Shown: positions 23,166 through 37,328, numbered from the stretch's first letter. The stretch: DNA of 64,000 nt from Octopus bimaculoides (GCF_001194135.2 NC_069004.1:22362516-22426515); one strand, 5' to 3'. Numbers and translations: made by a program. Notes: generated by a model from the sequence alone, not told the origin.

Positions 23166-25299
23166 GACAGTAAACTGGTGGAATTGTCAGTGTTGAACAG
23201 GATTCCTTGGAGTATTTGTTTCGGCCCTTTGGGTTCTGTATTCAAATCCTACTGTGGAAATTCCTTGCCCAATTAACACCATGTGAGCCTTGGGTCTCTG
23301 CAATATCCATCTTGTTGCAAGTATTTGGGCTAGCTTTCCTGTTTAAGGATACATTCTCTCCCCCCTCCCTCTTTTCCACTTCTCTCAGAGGCTCTGTGAA
23401 GCATCACTATTACAGCTTTACTCCTGACCAAGCAATAAAATAAATAAAAAAACATCAGATTTTTCATCTCCTTATAGTATACATAACAAAACTCAAAAAA
23501 TTCACTATAATTTTAATTTAGTTCAATCACTATGCAATCAGTTTTATTCTCTTTTGCATCCCAATATCTTTAGAAATGATATTTATAATCAATTTTGACA
23601 TATCTTATCTGATGAATTTTATTTTAATGATTGAAAACAATAATAATGATGAAGATAGTTTCCCTTGCCAATGTTGTGTTTATTTTGACATTTAAATATA
23701 ACATGAGATAATAATTTACTGGCTTAAAATGTCAATATTCTTGAGATTTTAGTGAATTAGATTTCTGGTTAGGAGATTGTTGCTTTATGTAATTAAAATG
23801 AAACAATACACTAGCTGAATGAATAAAGTGTTCATCTCTTTTGATTAAAGGATTATGGAAAGTTAAATGATTCCATCTGAATTACATTGCTGTCTGTGGG
23901 TTCACTACGTTGTTGTTATTTAGCTCCAGGTCTGCTCTGATCAAACAAAGTTATCCTCCAAGATATTTCAGAAGTTATAATGTCCATTTTGTTATTTTTT
24001 TTTACATGATGGCTGTGGATTTTTATTTATTTATTTTTTTAATCATCATCACCTTTCTAATGCCAATCACTTTTCAGAATGTACTGGGTGCATTTTTCTC
24101 ATGGCACTAGCAATAGTGATGTCATCAAATAACTCATTAAGACAAGATTCCTTGACAGACTTGGGGTGTAGTATTGACAGAAGTGGTTTTGTGCCAGGTA
24201 TTGAGAGGCTAAAGTGTAATTGAGGGACAGGGACAAGTGACTTGCTGTATAGGAGATACATGGTTACCTCAGCAAGAAATGGAGAAAGGATGGTGGAGTA
24301 GTAGTGAGGGTGTACCCTCAAGGCAGAAGTAGGGGGAGTAAAGAGAGAATATGGGCCAAGAATCAAGGATGGCTGCATGGGTAGGTTTGCAAGAGTGTGA
24401 AAGAAGAGATGAGGATAGAAGTGAATGCAGTGAAAGGTGAACATGGGTGGAGGTGTGGTCAATAATGAATCTCAGTTTGGAGGAAGGTAAGGGTAAATAG
24501 GAATGGGTCAGGTAGGAGGAGGTGATAAGTAATAATATATATAAAAAAGAGTGGGTTAGGGAAGAGCAACAATATAATAAAGCCATAGGTTTTATTATAT
24601 TAAGAAATAGGGAGATGGTAGGAGAGAAGATGCACAGTAACAGAGACTGAGGTCAGAGGCCTGTAGGATGAATATAGTGACAAGGTGGGGGATGTTGATG
24701 GCCAGTATGAGAGAGTGTTCAGGTGAAAGGGGCATTCAGTGGAAAACAAAGTGTTAAGAAGTGATGTTGATGAGTGCAGGATGAATGGCAAGGGAAATGG
24801 TTTCAAGGAAGGGATAACTGATAGCACAAAAAGAGATGATAGAATAGGTGCAGTTCTGTTCTTATATAACTATGGCTAAATAAATAGTGTTGTAGTTAGA
24901 GGGATGAAAGAGGGATGTGCATTATGAAGATAAGTTATGGAGAAGGTTTGGCAGGTATAGATTGGGTGCAGGGGCACAGACATTAATTATATGCTTTTAG
25001 AACCTCATCTTTGTTAAGGTGTACAGGTCTATTTGAGGATAATGAATTGCCAATTATCTCATTTTTTTCTTGTTATCCCTTCCTTGAGGTTCAACAACTA
25101 TTACTTCATTCCACATCTTCTTGGATCTCCTTTTTCCACAAGTAACACCCACATTTAATGATCAACCCTTCATGCAGCTATCCTCATCCATATGCAGGAT
25201 GGTTCATGCCCAATTTTTTCCCCAACACTTATGCACTTTGTTATACATACACACTGATGTTGCACATTCAGCAGAGCATGCTAACTTCATTTTTTTCTA

Positions 25300-25680
25300 G
25301 TCTTCACATGTCCTCTGCATTCATGGCCCATGATTTACTACCATGTTGCATTGCTGTTCATATATGAGCATCATATAATTTGCTGCTCACTGCGAGAGAG
25401 AAGCCTTTTGTTACCAACAAAGGTAATAGCTGGTTTATATTCTTGCAACAATACTCTCAGAACATCCTCATCCATTGCTAATTTGGTCACTAGGTAACAA
25501 AAACTATCTACTAACTCAAAGGATCTTCCTGGGTATTTGAGAATATATTCTCATATCTTCTTAGTGTTTTTGTTCCTGCACATCTGCCACATACAAAGTC
25601 CACTTTCTCTTCTAATCATCTGGTAATTCCATTGCATCTCTTGTGTATTCATAGTTTGCATGGATACACTGTATGGAATT
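25300..25680 (-). mobile_element. RTE LINE fragment
   Basis: Similar to 18840-19080 (TTGGTCACTAGGTAACAAAACTATC...TTGTGTATTCATAGTTTGCATGGATACAC). Confidence 0.7.
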
Positions 25681-28069
25681 CAAATATTGAAAATGAATTT
25701 AGGAAAAAACTAATATTAGTAAATCTGTAAAGTAAAAAAAAAGGAAAAAAACTTTTTAATATTAGTAAAAACTAATATTTACTAAAACTGTTGAGTAAAA
25801 ACTTGGATACAACCTTGAATTCAATGAAACTGTTCCCTATGAACACACACGTGAATATATTCACCAACAGTCACAACACATGTGTCTTTGTGGAGTGAAT
25901 ATATTTTCTTTCTAATATGTGTGAATGTATTTTAAAGCTATTATATATGTTAAATTTACAAAATAGCAGGAATGCGTCCTCCATTCCCATAGGTAAATAA
26001 ATAAATAAATAAATAATAATAGCAATACCTTTTCCTAATTTCAGTTTGATTAGAATAAAAGTTGTCTTCTCCTGTTTTTCAATCAATAATAGAATTTGGT
26101 TAATCTTTTGCCTCTTCTGGTTCCACTGAAGCCAACTTGGATGAGTCATAATACCATTGTATGGAAGCAGCACTCAAAGAAAGATTATTACCATGTTAGT
26201 TTGCTGTCACTGATGTCGTGACAGCAGCTGTTCTTTTACTCTCCGAAATGCCAAAAAGTATTGAACTTTAAGTTTCAGATATTTCCACTGGCAGTGTAAA
26301 ACTTTTGTAAGATCTTAGAACAAGTGTTACTGCCGTGCATTTGATTGAAAAGTGCGATAGCAACTTCTTTGACAGTGATATTTCAAATTCTTTTTCTCCT
26401 CTAATAACAATAATAATAATGATTCTTTTTTAATTTTTGGCACAAGTCTAGCAATTTTGAAGCGAGGGGGAAGTCGGTTACATCAATCCCATTGCTTGAC
26501 TGGTACTATTTTATTGATCTCAAAAGAATGAAAGGCAAAGTTGACCTCAGTAGCATTTGAATATAAAGTCAGAAGAAATGCTGCTAAATATTTTGTCTGA
26601 CATGCTAACAACTCTGTCAGCTTACCACCCTATTAGTAGTAGTAGTAGTAATTAAAAATGTTAGCACAAAGCCAGCAACTACATCAACCCCAATACTTAA
26701 CTAGCACTTTATTTTATTGACCCTGAAAGTATGAAAGGCAAAGTTGATCTCAGTGGGTTTGAACTCAGAATGTGACAATTTGGAAGAAATATTGCTGAGC
26801 GTTTTGTCCAATACTCTAATGATGTTGACAGTTGTTTGGCTCCAACTCAGCTCTGATCAAACAAGCTTATGATGAAAGACCTTCCAGTTGTAGCCATCCT
26901 AATTCTGACATAGGTGTCTCATAAAATATTTATAATTACTAATGGCACAGGCATGTATGGCTAAGAAGCTTGCTTTGCAAGCACATGGTTTTGGGTTCAG
27001 TTCGACTGCACAGCACCTTGGGTAAGTGCCTTCTGCTATAACCCTGGGTTAACTAGTGCCTTGTGAGATAATGTTAGATGGAAACTGTGTGGAAGCCATC
27101 ATGTGTATATATATATATATATATATATATCCGTGTTGGTGTAAGTCTTTGTGTCTGTTTGTTACCCCCTCTCCCTTCCACCATTTGATAAATGATTTGG
27201 TTTGTTTACATCTCCTTAACTTAGTGGTTCAGCAAAAGAGACTGATAGAATAAATATCAGTTTTAAAATAAAAATAAGAAAGTCTTAAGTACTGGGGACA
27301 ATTTGTTTGACTAAAATCCTTGAAGGTGGTGCTCTAGCATGGCTGCAGTCCAATGACTGAAAAAGAGAATGATAAAATGAATCATTATTTTATCTGATTA
27401 CACTTATATATCTAAAATTAATTAAATACTGAAATTAAGACCCTCATGACTTTTGATATGTTTAATAAAATAATAAAAAATAAAAAAAATTCAATCTGTT
27501 GCCATTAAGTAGAGATGAAATAGTTTGGTGGACAACAGTTTAAAACTATTTCTGCATTTTAGTTCAATGTAAATTTATAGCAGGTAATTATTGGTAAATA
27601 CATTGTGAATTTATCATCTGAAAATTTAATTGCAAGGTAATTACATAATGAGTCAATACATCATCATGCCAGACATGTCATTGGTAAATTCATCATCATG
27701 ACTCTTTATCTGCAGATGAATATTGTTAAACAATTTAAAGTTCTATTCACATAGTTAATACATTACATTTCATTAACAATGTCAGAGAAATTGTAGATTC
27801 AAATGCATGCTTTTATATTATAACATAAATTAATAAACTCTTGCTGCATGTATTTATTTATTCCCCCATTTGGAAATAAAAACACACACACACATTACTG
27901 ATTTCAATCATTGAACTGTTGTCATGCTGGAGCACTTCCTTTGTGGGCATAGTTAATTTTATTTCAGGCTGGTACTTAGTTTATCGGTTCCTATTGTTAT
28001 GTATTTGGCATAAAAGAACACCACTCGAAACACTGGTTTATTCCAGTAAACATAAACACACACACTAGC

Positions 28070-28390
28070 ACTCTGTTAGATACAACAATGATGGTTCCAA
28101 TTGATTTGATCAATGGAACAGCCTGCTCGTGAAATTAACGTGCAAGTGGCTGAGCACTCCACTGACACATGCAAAACCTACCTCAACATAGTTCTTAGGG
28201 AGATTTAGTGTGACACAAAATGTGACAAGGCTGGCCATTTGAAATACAGGTACAACTCATTTCTGACAGCTGAGTGGACTGGACCAATGTGAAATAAAGT
28301 GTCTTGCTGAAGAACACAATGTGCTGCCTGGAATCAAAGTCACAACCTTACAATTGTGAGCTGAATACCTGAACCGCTAAGTCACGCACA
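28070..28390 (-). mobile_element. SINE family C; related copies ~45680-45990(+), 54470-54600(-)
   Basis: Shared core GTGTCACAC...CTGAATCTCCCT.AGAAC.ACGTTAAG...GTGGAGTGCTCAG.CACTT.CAC.TTAATTTCA. Confidence 0.7.
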
Positions 28391-29289
28391 CATACATATA
28401 ATAGATATATTGCTAATTATGTGTAACAGAAGCAATGTTAGCTTAAAATAGCAATCTGTGTATCAGATACATCATGGAAAGCCTCAGTAAGTGTAATATT
28501 CGTTATGAGATACCATCTCTTATAGATGTACAATGTTATATTTATGTTATAAACAGATATATCAGTAGCAGATGAAAACTGTCCAGCAGGGGCAACCACA
28601 TGCTGCTCATGAAGCCCAAAGAGCCAGAAATGAGCATTTAGCAAAGCTACAATGGCTGTTGGATGATTTTTGCCTGCTACTGATATATTTTGTGTTTTTT
28701 AACATTGTAAAAGATGCTATCTCAGGATGAATATTGTAGTTAATTAGGCTTCCCATAATGTATCTGCTTTAAGTATGATACACATCATCATCATCGTTTA
28801 ATGTCTGCCTTCCATGCTAGCATGGGTTGGACAATTTGACTGAGGACTGGTGAAATCGGATGGCAACACCAGGCTCGTCACTTATTAGTTTCATATCAAA
28901 AGTTAAAAACTTACTCCAGAACAATTGTCAGAAATGGATGAACGGTCTATTATGACACGGGCTCTGTGTCACTGAAGACCTGAAAGTCTCTCATTTGGCT
29001 TGTGGATTTTAGGACTGTTGTTGAAAAAACATAATGATATTTATGGAAGAAATCACCCAGGTTAAAAAATTATTCCATCAGAATTATGTTCTTTGACAAA
29101 ATAGCTACCCCTTTTTTGTGCACTGGTTACTCCAATATACAAGCTATTTGTTTGTAGGGTAAGGGTGGGGGAGGGATGGTAAAAGAGGGCTCATTTTAAA
29201 ATCGTGTGTAGCTGTCTACATGCATGCATGTGTATGGCCTTGTATATATTAAAGTTGAGTTTATTGTTGTTGTTTGTTGCTTCTTGAGC

Positions 29290-29555
29290 CATGCCTGGCT
29301 CATAAAGGCCGGTTTCATTGGCATATAGGTTTCCCACCTGGATGGGATACAGGTCCGTTACAGGTGAGCTGCTAGATGCAGGAGGAAAGAGTGAGAGAAA
29401 GTTGTGGCGGCAGAGTCAGCAGAAGTTTGCCATTACCGTCTGCTGGTGCTTATGTGTTTCGCTCATAAACACACACATCGCCCAGTCTGAGATTTGAATC
29501 CACGATCCCTTGACCGCGAGTCCACTGTTCCAACCATTAGGCCATGTGCCTCCAC
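29290..29555 (-). mobile_element. tRNA-derived SINE related to the copy at 63688
   Basis: Minus strand GAGGCACATGGCCTAATGGTTGGAACAGTGGACTCGCGGTCAAGGGATCGTGGATTCAAATCTC (A and B boxes). Confidence 0.75.
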
Positions 29556-30777
29556 AGAGTTGAGTTTAGCAAATCTTATATTAGTTCCTCACACCACAGA
29601 GAAGGGAAACACCAGTGAGGATGGGGAAAAGAATGAATGTTTTTATTTATGGTTTGCTAAGGTATATATGCACTCATCAGCAGTATAGCTACACACCAAA
29701 GTCTTTCAGCTATGCCCCAAAAGAAGGCAGCATCTCGGCATGACCGTAGTTCAATAAGTGAAACTAGTAAAGGGCCGACTAACATATTTTTCCATTCAGT
29801 GAAACAATAGCCAAAGATAATGGCAACATAGATTCTCATCAGAAAAAAAATTTTTGTTTCTTATTATTTAATCAACATCTATGTGTGTGTGTCTGTGTTT
29901 GTCTCCTCCCAAACCTCTTGACATCTGGTGTCTGTTTATTTACATCCCTAAAACAGAATAAGTATCAAACTTATATATGAATATAAAAAAGAATGACTAG
30001 TATTGACTTGTTCAACTAAAACCCTCCAAGGCTGCAGTTCAATGACTGGAACAGATAAAAGTTAAGGGAAGGCCAGTACCCATGATCCATTATAGGGCTT
30101 CCAAAATTAGTGGGAAGGAAGAAGAAAGCTATCATCAAACTCAGAATGCAAGAAGCCAGAATGAATATTGTAAGGCATTTCATCTGATGCACAAATTGAA
30201 CTTTTACAGTGCTACTTTAACCATATAGCCACTGAAACTCCAAGACATTCCATTCATAATGATTCCACCACAAGTGTCTGACACAATATTGAGAAATCAA
30301 TAGCTCTGAGTACTAGAACTGGCTTAGTGGATTATGGTTTCAGTATTTCTATCAATTTATTATGAATGGACATATTTCATTGACATTTTTTGAATAAAGA
30401 TTAAAAATGCTGCTGTTGTTAGTGGATTAGTAGTGATGGAGGTGATGCTAAAGTGTGAGAATGCAAGTGTTTTTCTTTATTTGTATTTGGACATTTTCTG
30501 ATTTCCCATGTGTTTTAACTTGAATATATATATATTCTTGTAGAGGTGTTGTTGGTGTACACAGTGTGTGTGTGTATTTTGTATGTATGTTTACATAAAT
30601 AAATGTATGTGCATATAAGTGTACAAATCATTTAAGCATTTGATGTGTATTTCCATATCTGTGAGTGTATATATAAATTTATAACCATATGTAACCTAAA
30701 TATTCTGTGATTAAATCTTCAAGATAAAAAGTTAGACATCTATTTAAACAAACTTTTGCTTTACCAATTTAAAATTA

Positions 30778-30819
<42 letters not shown>

Positions 30820-31069
30820 CTGTCCAAGGTGTTGGGTTGAATTTGATGATTTTTTTCTGTCTCCTTTTTTCAGGAACAGCTTCATACATTGGTGAACAGT
30901 CAGCAATGTTGGAGAGCATAAAAATTAAAGTTGTAGTTGAACAACAGCTGACACAAAGGACTGGAAGCTTTCTGAATATTGTATAATGATTATTTGTGTC
31001 AGCTACCAAAATGCCAACATGATTACTGCTACTCAATGCTCTGAGAGTACTGTAAAGGCTGTAAGATGT

Positions 31070-31684
31070 GACAGCTACACTGGAGACTACATAGCTATGG
31101 CCAGCAGGAAGGTGATAGTCTTTGGGTGTGTTTCCAGTGAGGGTGCCTCACATTTTTGAACAGGGTCTTATGCTCAATTCAAGTGGCTATGTGAGGCTGC
31201 TGGAGACTAGTTGAACCCTAGTTGGAGAAGGTTACTGCTGAAATGCCATATGTGTGACTACAGGATTCAGCTCCTTGTCATACATCTAGAAAGTGTCAGA
31301 AGTGGTTGTTGAAGAATTTCTATGATTTTACCAGCCCCCAATTTCTTGTCTACTAATTTTCCTGATTGTAATCTCACGGATTACTATGTGTGGCATGTGG
31401 CTGAGAAAGACACCAACTGCCTACAACACCAAGGCCAAGCTGATGGCTAAGATCAAGGAGGTGATCAAAAGATCTCAGGGACACAATGAAGAACACGTTC
31501 CAAGTTTCAGAGCTGTCATGAAGCCATGGTGGAAGCTGAGGGCAGCTACTTTGAATAAACTGTTATCTGCCAACCATATTCTAGTTGATTGTTTTTGATA
31601 TTTTAAAAATACTTTTATTTTAGGATGGGATAGGGTTTTTTCTTTTCTTTTATGCAAACTGTCAGATTTAGCCCAAACACCCTG
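31070..31684 (+). mobile_element. Tc1/mariner (maT-like) transposase 3' relic
   Basis: Degenerate QDSAP.H and PD(C)NL.DYY motifs, then YNTKAKLMAKIKEV; terminal CCAAACACCCTG|TA. Confidence 0.7.
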
Positions 31685-31740
31685 TATATGTGTCTGTGTA
31701 TTTATATGTATATAAATACTCATACACATACACACACACA

Positions 31741-31793
<53 letters not shown>

Positions 31794-31993
31794 TTATACA
31801 AAGCTAATCACAATGTGCTTCCATTTATTCCTCGATTGCACTCTTCTTTTCCATTCAGGCCTGAAATGTACCATCTTTCCATCGTCTTGGAGGTCTTCTA
31901 ATTGATTTCCTTCAATCTCTTGGATACCTCATGACAACAGCACCAACCCACTAATTATTCATGAACCTTGTAATATGTCTGAAAGTCTAGCTG

Positions 31994-31994
<1 letters not shown>

Positions 31995-32051
<57 letters not shown>
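31995..32051. repeat. (TG)n microsatellite
   Basis: Direct reading. Confidence 0.95.
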
Positions 32052-32061
<10 letters not shown>

Positions 32062-32306
32062 GTCATCATGATCATCATCTAACATCTGTTTTCCATACTG
32101 GCATGAGTTGAACAGTTTGACAGGGGCTGGCTAGGCAAAAAACTGCACCAGGCTTCATTCACTGTCTGTTTTAGCAGGGTTTTTACCACCTTGCATAAAT
32201 ATATATATATATGTGTGTGTTTGTGTTCAGTAAGATTTTCAACCAAGAGTATAGCACTCAATTCAATTCCATTACTTAGCCCGTCGGTAACGCTTTTACG
32301 TGATTA

Positions 32307-32452
32307 GAGAAAGAAAAGAGGAGAGAGAAGCGTCCATGACATGAGGTAGAGGGAATGTAATTATAATGCTTTCATGTGATTTGTTGAAAGGAAAGAGAAA
32401 GAAAAAGAGGGAGAGAGAAGCGTCCATGACATGAGGTAGGGGGAATGTAATA
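32307..32452. repeat. ~57-bp direct repeat, two copies
   Basis: AGAAAGAAAAGAGG.AGAGAGAAGCGTCCATGACATGAGGTAG.GGGAATGTAAT occurs twice. Confidence 0.85.
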
Positions 32453-32599
32453 TTTATTACATGGTTAAAAAGATAGTTGATATTAGTGATGATATAGAGG
32501 AGGAGAGTTAAAAATATAATTTTAGCAGAGGGATGATGTTCTGATGGTGAGGTTAAAACATCTTTTTCTCTTAGTCTTCTTTAAAAAAAAGGAAATCCA

Positions 32600-32900
32600 T
32601 AAGTTAATCCATGTTAAAGTTGTCGTATTTCTGTAATTTCAACCAATCACTGACGTCCATTCAGCCGATATACATTAAGTGCCGACTACATAAACAAACG
32701 ATTCTAAAACAATTAACCCTAACCCTAACCCTAGGGTTAGGGTTAGGGTTAAAGCAAATTTAAAATGAAAAAAGCAAATAAAACGAAGGTATGGAGATTA
32801 AATACGCTTTACATCGCTTAATCAGCCAAAGGAGTAAATGTAAACAACTGAATACTTGTCAGTGATTGGTTGAAATTATCGAAATAAGACAATTTTTTAC
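32600..32900. mobile_element. foldback element centred on a 40-bp telomeric-repeat palindrome (32713-32752)
   Basis: TTAACCCTAACCCTAACCCT|AGGGTTAGGGTTAGGGTTAA; the arms share AATTTCAACCAATCACTGAC / GTCAGTGATTGGTTGAAATT. Confidence 0.75.
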
Positions 32901-34706
32901 ATGAAATAAATTCGAATACAAAAATATTTTTCTGTTCTATAACACAAAATAGATAAGTATACGAAGTTTGAAAGTCTTTCCGTACCAAAAACACTACGTA
33001 AAACATTAATGAAAAATGTGGCCCCCGTTTTAAAATAGATCCAACAATTTTATTAACAAAATTTTCATCTTGGTTGACTTTCTCATGTAATTTGCTTCTT
33101 GGAATTTTTTTGTTTTTATTAAACAGATATACTAAACCTGCTTTCTAAACACCAACAAAATGGCCTTGTGTTTGAGAAACCAATTGTTTTGTAGTAAAAG
33201 AGCAGAAAGGAGGGGGAGAACAACTGTTTTGCCTTGTTTGTTGTAACATTTAGTTGAACATCACTAAATAACCTTTCAGATATGATTGTTGATAACTGTG
33301 CATGTTCTTATTTGTTTGTAACTTCTCTTGTTGAAATATTGGACTAAGTTTGTGAGTGATAGAGAGAGAGAGAGATAGAGTGTGAGCAACCTATTGAAAT
33401 GCTTACTTTGTGTTATTGACACTTTAAATCACTCTCTATCTCATAATTTTCACATATTTAAATATCAGCTTGAAATATTGCTCTTTGATGAAGGTTATGT
33501 ATATCCACAAGTAGTTGCAGTCGCTTTTGTTGTAGCATTAAAGATGATGATAATATTTTCTTTCTAATTTCTAGGCTTGCAATTTTGAGAGGAAGGGAAA
33601 GTTGATTACATTGACCCCAGTGTTCAGCTGGTACTTATTTCATTGATCCAGAAAGAATGAAAGGCAAAGTCGATCTCACTGGCATTTGAACTCAGAATGT
33701 AAAGAGTTCAAAGAAATGCTATTAAGCATTTTCTCTGGTGTGGTAATGATTCTGCCAGTTGGCCACCTTAATTATGATAATATTAACAAAGTCAGCAACA
33801 GAACATCTCATTTAACTCACTGTCATCATCACCATTTCCCATGCTCTACCAACACTTCACTGAGCATATTCTTTCTCTGTGATTGAAAGAAGTGGTAGTT
33901 GTGGAGAAATGGAGTGCTTTACGTCGTGCTGGGCAAACAATTCTGAGAGAGAATTGAACCAGCTCCAGTGGTTGACTGATATTTTATTTCATCATAGGAT
34001 GATGAAAGGAAAAGTTAATTTAGGTAGGATTTGAACTCAGAATGCAAAAAACTGGAACAAATACCTCAAAGGCATTTGTTTGCTACTCTAATGATTCTGC
34101 CAGTTGAGGCTCTAACAAAACATCTTCAGTAATAAAAAGAAAAACAAAATAAAACAAATAGAACAAGCTGATATTTGCAAAGATGAGGAAGATGGGAGAA
34201 AATGATTAGTGAAGCAGAAAACTTAAATGTGTCTGTTAGTAAACAAACTGGCAAGCTAACTAATGTTTTAATATGACCTTGGCAGTTGTTTTTGTTGTTG
34301 TTGCTGTATTCTGTGCTTCCTGTTTGGACTATTTAGGAAAGCAACAAACACAAAAAAGTAATGAGAGTAAACAAAACACTGCCTCTTGTTCATTTATCAA
34401 TTTACCTTATCAAGTAGTACCACAGTGGCTCCAAGTGAGGTTTGTCTACATTTGCAATTCCCATATAACATCACCTTGTTTAAGAAATGTTGGTTAAGCC
34501 AACTGAAATTTGACTTAATGGCAGATGTCACTGCCATCATTAGTATCATCAGCTTCCTCGTCATTACCATAATCACCACCTTATCTGTATCTGCCAAGAA
34601 CAAAAGAGGGAAAATAAAAAAAGAGAAACGAGTCATGCGCACACGCACACGCACATGCACTCACATGCACACGCACAAACATCTGCCCTCTCTCAAGTCA
34701 TTCACA

Positions 34707-34743
<37 letters not shown>

Positions 34744-36245
34744 TCATACATGCCCCCCTCTCTCTCACACATACACACATCTCTTTTTCTATATTTTTCA
34801 CTCATTCCACATATTCAACATCAATTTCAGCTGTTTCTTTTGATGTAGGTGATATACATCTGCACATAGTAGTAGCACTATACATGGAGTACAGCTTTTT
34901 AAAAAAAAATTTTAAACATGCTGGAAATGCATCTTGTATGCAGTGTGTGTGTGTCTGCATGTATGTGCATGTGTCGAAACACACACATGCATAAAACATC
35001 CCCAGCAGAAAAAGTCAAATTAAATTGCCACAGGGGAGTGGATTAACCTGTATGTATATATATATATATATATATATGCTGGCATGGACATAGTTGTAGG
35101 CACGACTGTGTAATTAAGAAGTTTGTTTGTCAGTCACATGGTTTTGGGTTCAATTTCACTGTGCAGCATCTTAGGCAAGTATTTTCTATTATAACCCTGA
35201 GTTGGTCAAAGCCTTGTGAGAGAATTTGATAGACAGAAACTAAAAGATTATTATTGCATATACATATGTGTGTGTGTGTGTGTGTGCACGTGTCTGTTTT
35301 TTTATATTTCACTTCAATGAAATTGTTGCAGATGAGTGGTGGTGATGTTGTTTCTCTCGTTACTTGCAAAACTGGGTAAAGTTAGCCACATGTAGGGTAT
35401 ACAGTTGCAAAACAATGCCAATAACATATTCATCTTAGAGCTTGATAGGGAAACTAGATGGGAAATTGAACATGTGCATTCACATAAATATGCATACATA
35501 TATGTGTGTGTGTGTTTGCATATTTATATTTATACATGTGTCTATATGCGCAGGTGTTGCCCATTATATATATATATAATGTGTGTGTTTGTGTATGTGT
35601 GTTACCGTCTCTGTCTTAATATTATGTGATAGTTGCGAGTGAGTGTTGCTGTTATGCAAGTGGTATCCTTTGATTCCAGTCTTTTATGAAAACATATGTC
35701 CAAACCTGAGGAAGTATTACCTTGCTCGGAAAAAAGTGATGGCTGTCAACAGGAAGGGCATTTGGCTGTAGAAAATCTGTTTCAGTGACTTCTGTCAAAG
35801 GCATGCAGGCATGGAAACGCTGATGTTAAAACAAATAATGATGCATGTATGTGCTTGTGTGTTTGAGTTCATATTTCTTCTCTTCTGCACCTATATTTAG
35901 TCGTTGCAAACAATACTCTTGGTGACAGCCTCAGATAATCATTTGCTTGCTGTCCAATTCAAAAGTATGTCTGGGCTTCTTGACAAGTTGTGTAATCTTT
36001 GTAAACAAAAAACTCATTCAAATGGTGTTATTTGTTTCCAGTTCTCTGCCTAATTATATCTGGGCTGTTTATTGTTGAGTAGCCTAGGAGATTATTATGT
36101 TGCTCAGAAACAGGTGGAGTTTAGCATCAGGAAGGGCATCCCATGTAGTGAACTCTGCCCCAACATACTCTTGTCCAGTGCATACAAGCATGGAAAATAA
36201 ATGTTAAAACAATGATGATGTGTGCATATGTGTGAGTGATGTGTG

Positions 36246-36293
<48 letters not shown>

Positions 36294-37295
36294 GAGAGAA
36301 AGAAAATGGAATTCATGGAACTCTTTATTCAGAAGCACTACAATCGATTTGGCCCATATGTACTGGTACCTTTGACGTGAGGTGCTGTACAAACAGTTGT
36401 AATGCATTGTAGGTGCAGATGTGTCTCCTTAGGTGACTTTTCAAAAAGTACCTTGTTTTTTATTTACTGTTTTGTTTTTTTCTATGACAATACATTTCGG
36501 TAATTGTAGTGTACTAATGAATCTTTTCTGTTTGGCTACCAATTTCCAATCTCTTCAATTTGCATTTGAATTGATTTCATAATTGGTGTAATGATGTAAT
36601 TTTATATGCTAATCAATGCCATGGAATTCATTTTCGCCATAAATCAATAAATAAAGTTTGCAAATTTTGGTTGTTTTTAGCCAATTGTAAGCCACAGACA
36701 CATTCATGCTTGTTTTCATAGTAACAAGCCAAATATGAGAACTCTTTTGTCTGCAAGATAGCATGTTGATGAATATATTCTATGCAAAAGCAAGTGTGTT
36801 GATGCTGTGTTCTGCTGCTTGTACCCTGGTTGAGAGATGTGCTAAAAATAACAGCTAAATAGGCATCTCCCAATTTTTATTTTTTGGTTTTTGCATAATC
36901 GTATGAATTCCCGAGTGTAGAAAAATTTACAAAAATTTTCTGAAAATCCCAATGTTATGAGGGGTTATATGTTGTGCAGAGAGAAGTTGATTTATTTACA
37001 GCTTCATATCAAAACACATCACGCACAGAATGACAACTTCCAATTCCTGTTTTCTGACTGGGTAAAAATTATCAAAGTTAAACTTCTGTAACTTTAAAAA
37101 AAAAATTTTTCTAGTAAAAGTCAAATATCTCCTGAAATTCAGCTTGGAAAACTATATTAGTATACCGAATTTTAAGATTTCCAATAAACTTTGAAATTTC
37201 CACAGTTGCAGCCAAACAAAAGATCTGCACTAAGATATGATGAAGAATTCATCAGGTGTGGACATGCATACATACACCAATGAACTGATGTCACC

Positions 37296-37328
<33 letters not shown>

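Noticed and set aside
28605-28640. SECIS element / selenoprotein readthrough
   Set aside because: Only ~20 nt lie between the ATGA and the downstream GA, too short for the SECIS upper stem, and the motif overlaps the putative Sec codon.
29712-29810. Short ORF MPQKKAASRHDRSSISETSKGPTNIFFHSVKQ
   Set aside because: No convincing splice or promoter context and no recognisable homology.
32713-32752. Ancient telomere-telomere fusion site
   Set aside because: A fusion would read (TTAGGG)n(CCCTAA)n; here the order is reversed, the array is tiny, and it lies within a foldback element.
34386-34994. 202-aa ORF
   Set aside because: It runs through ATC, CA and CT microsatellites and has no domain-like content.
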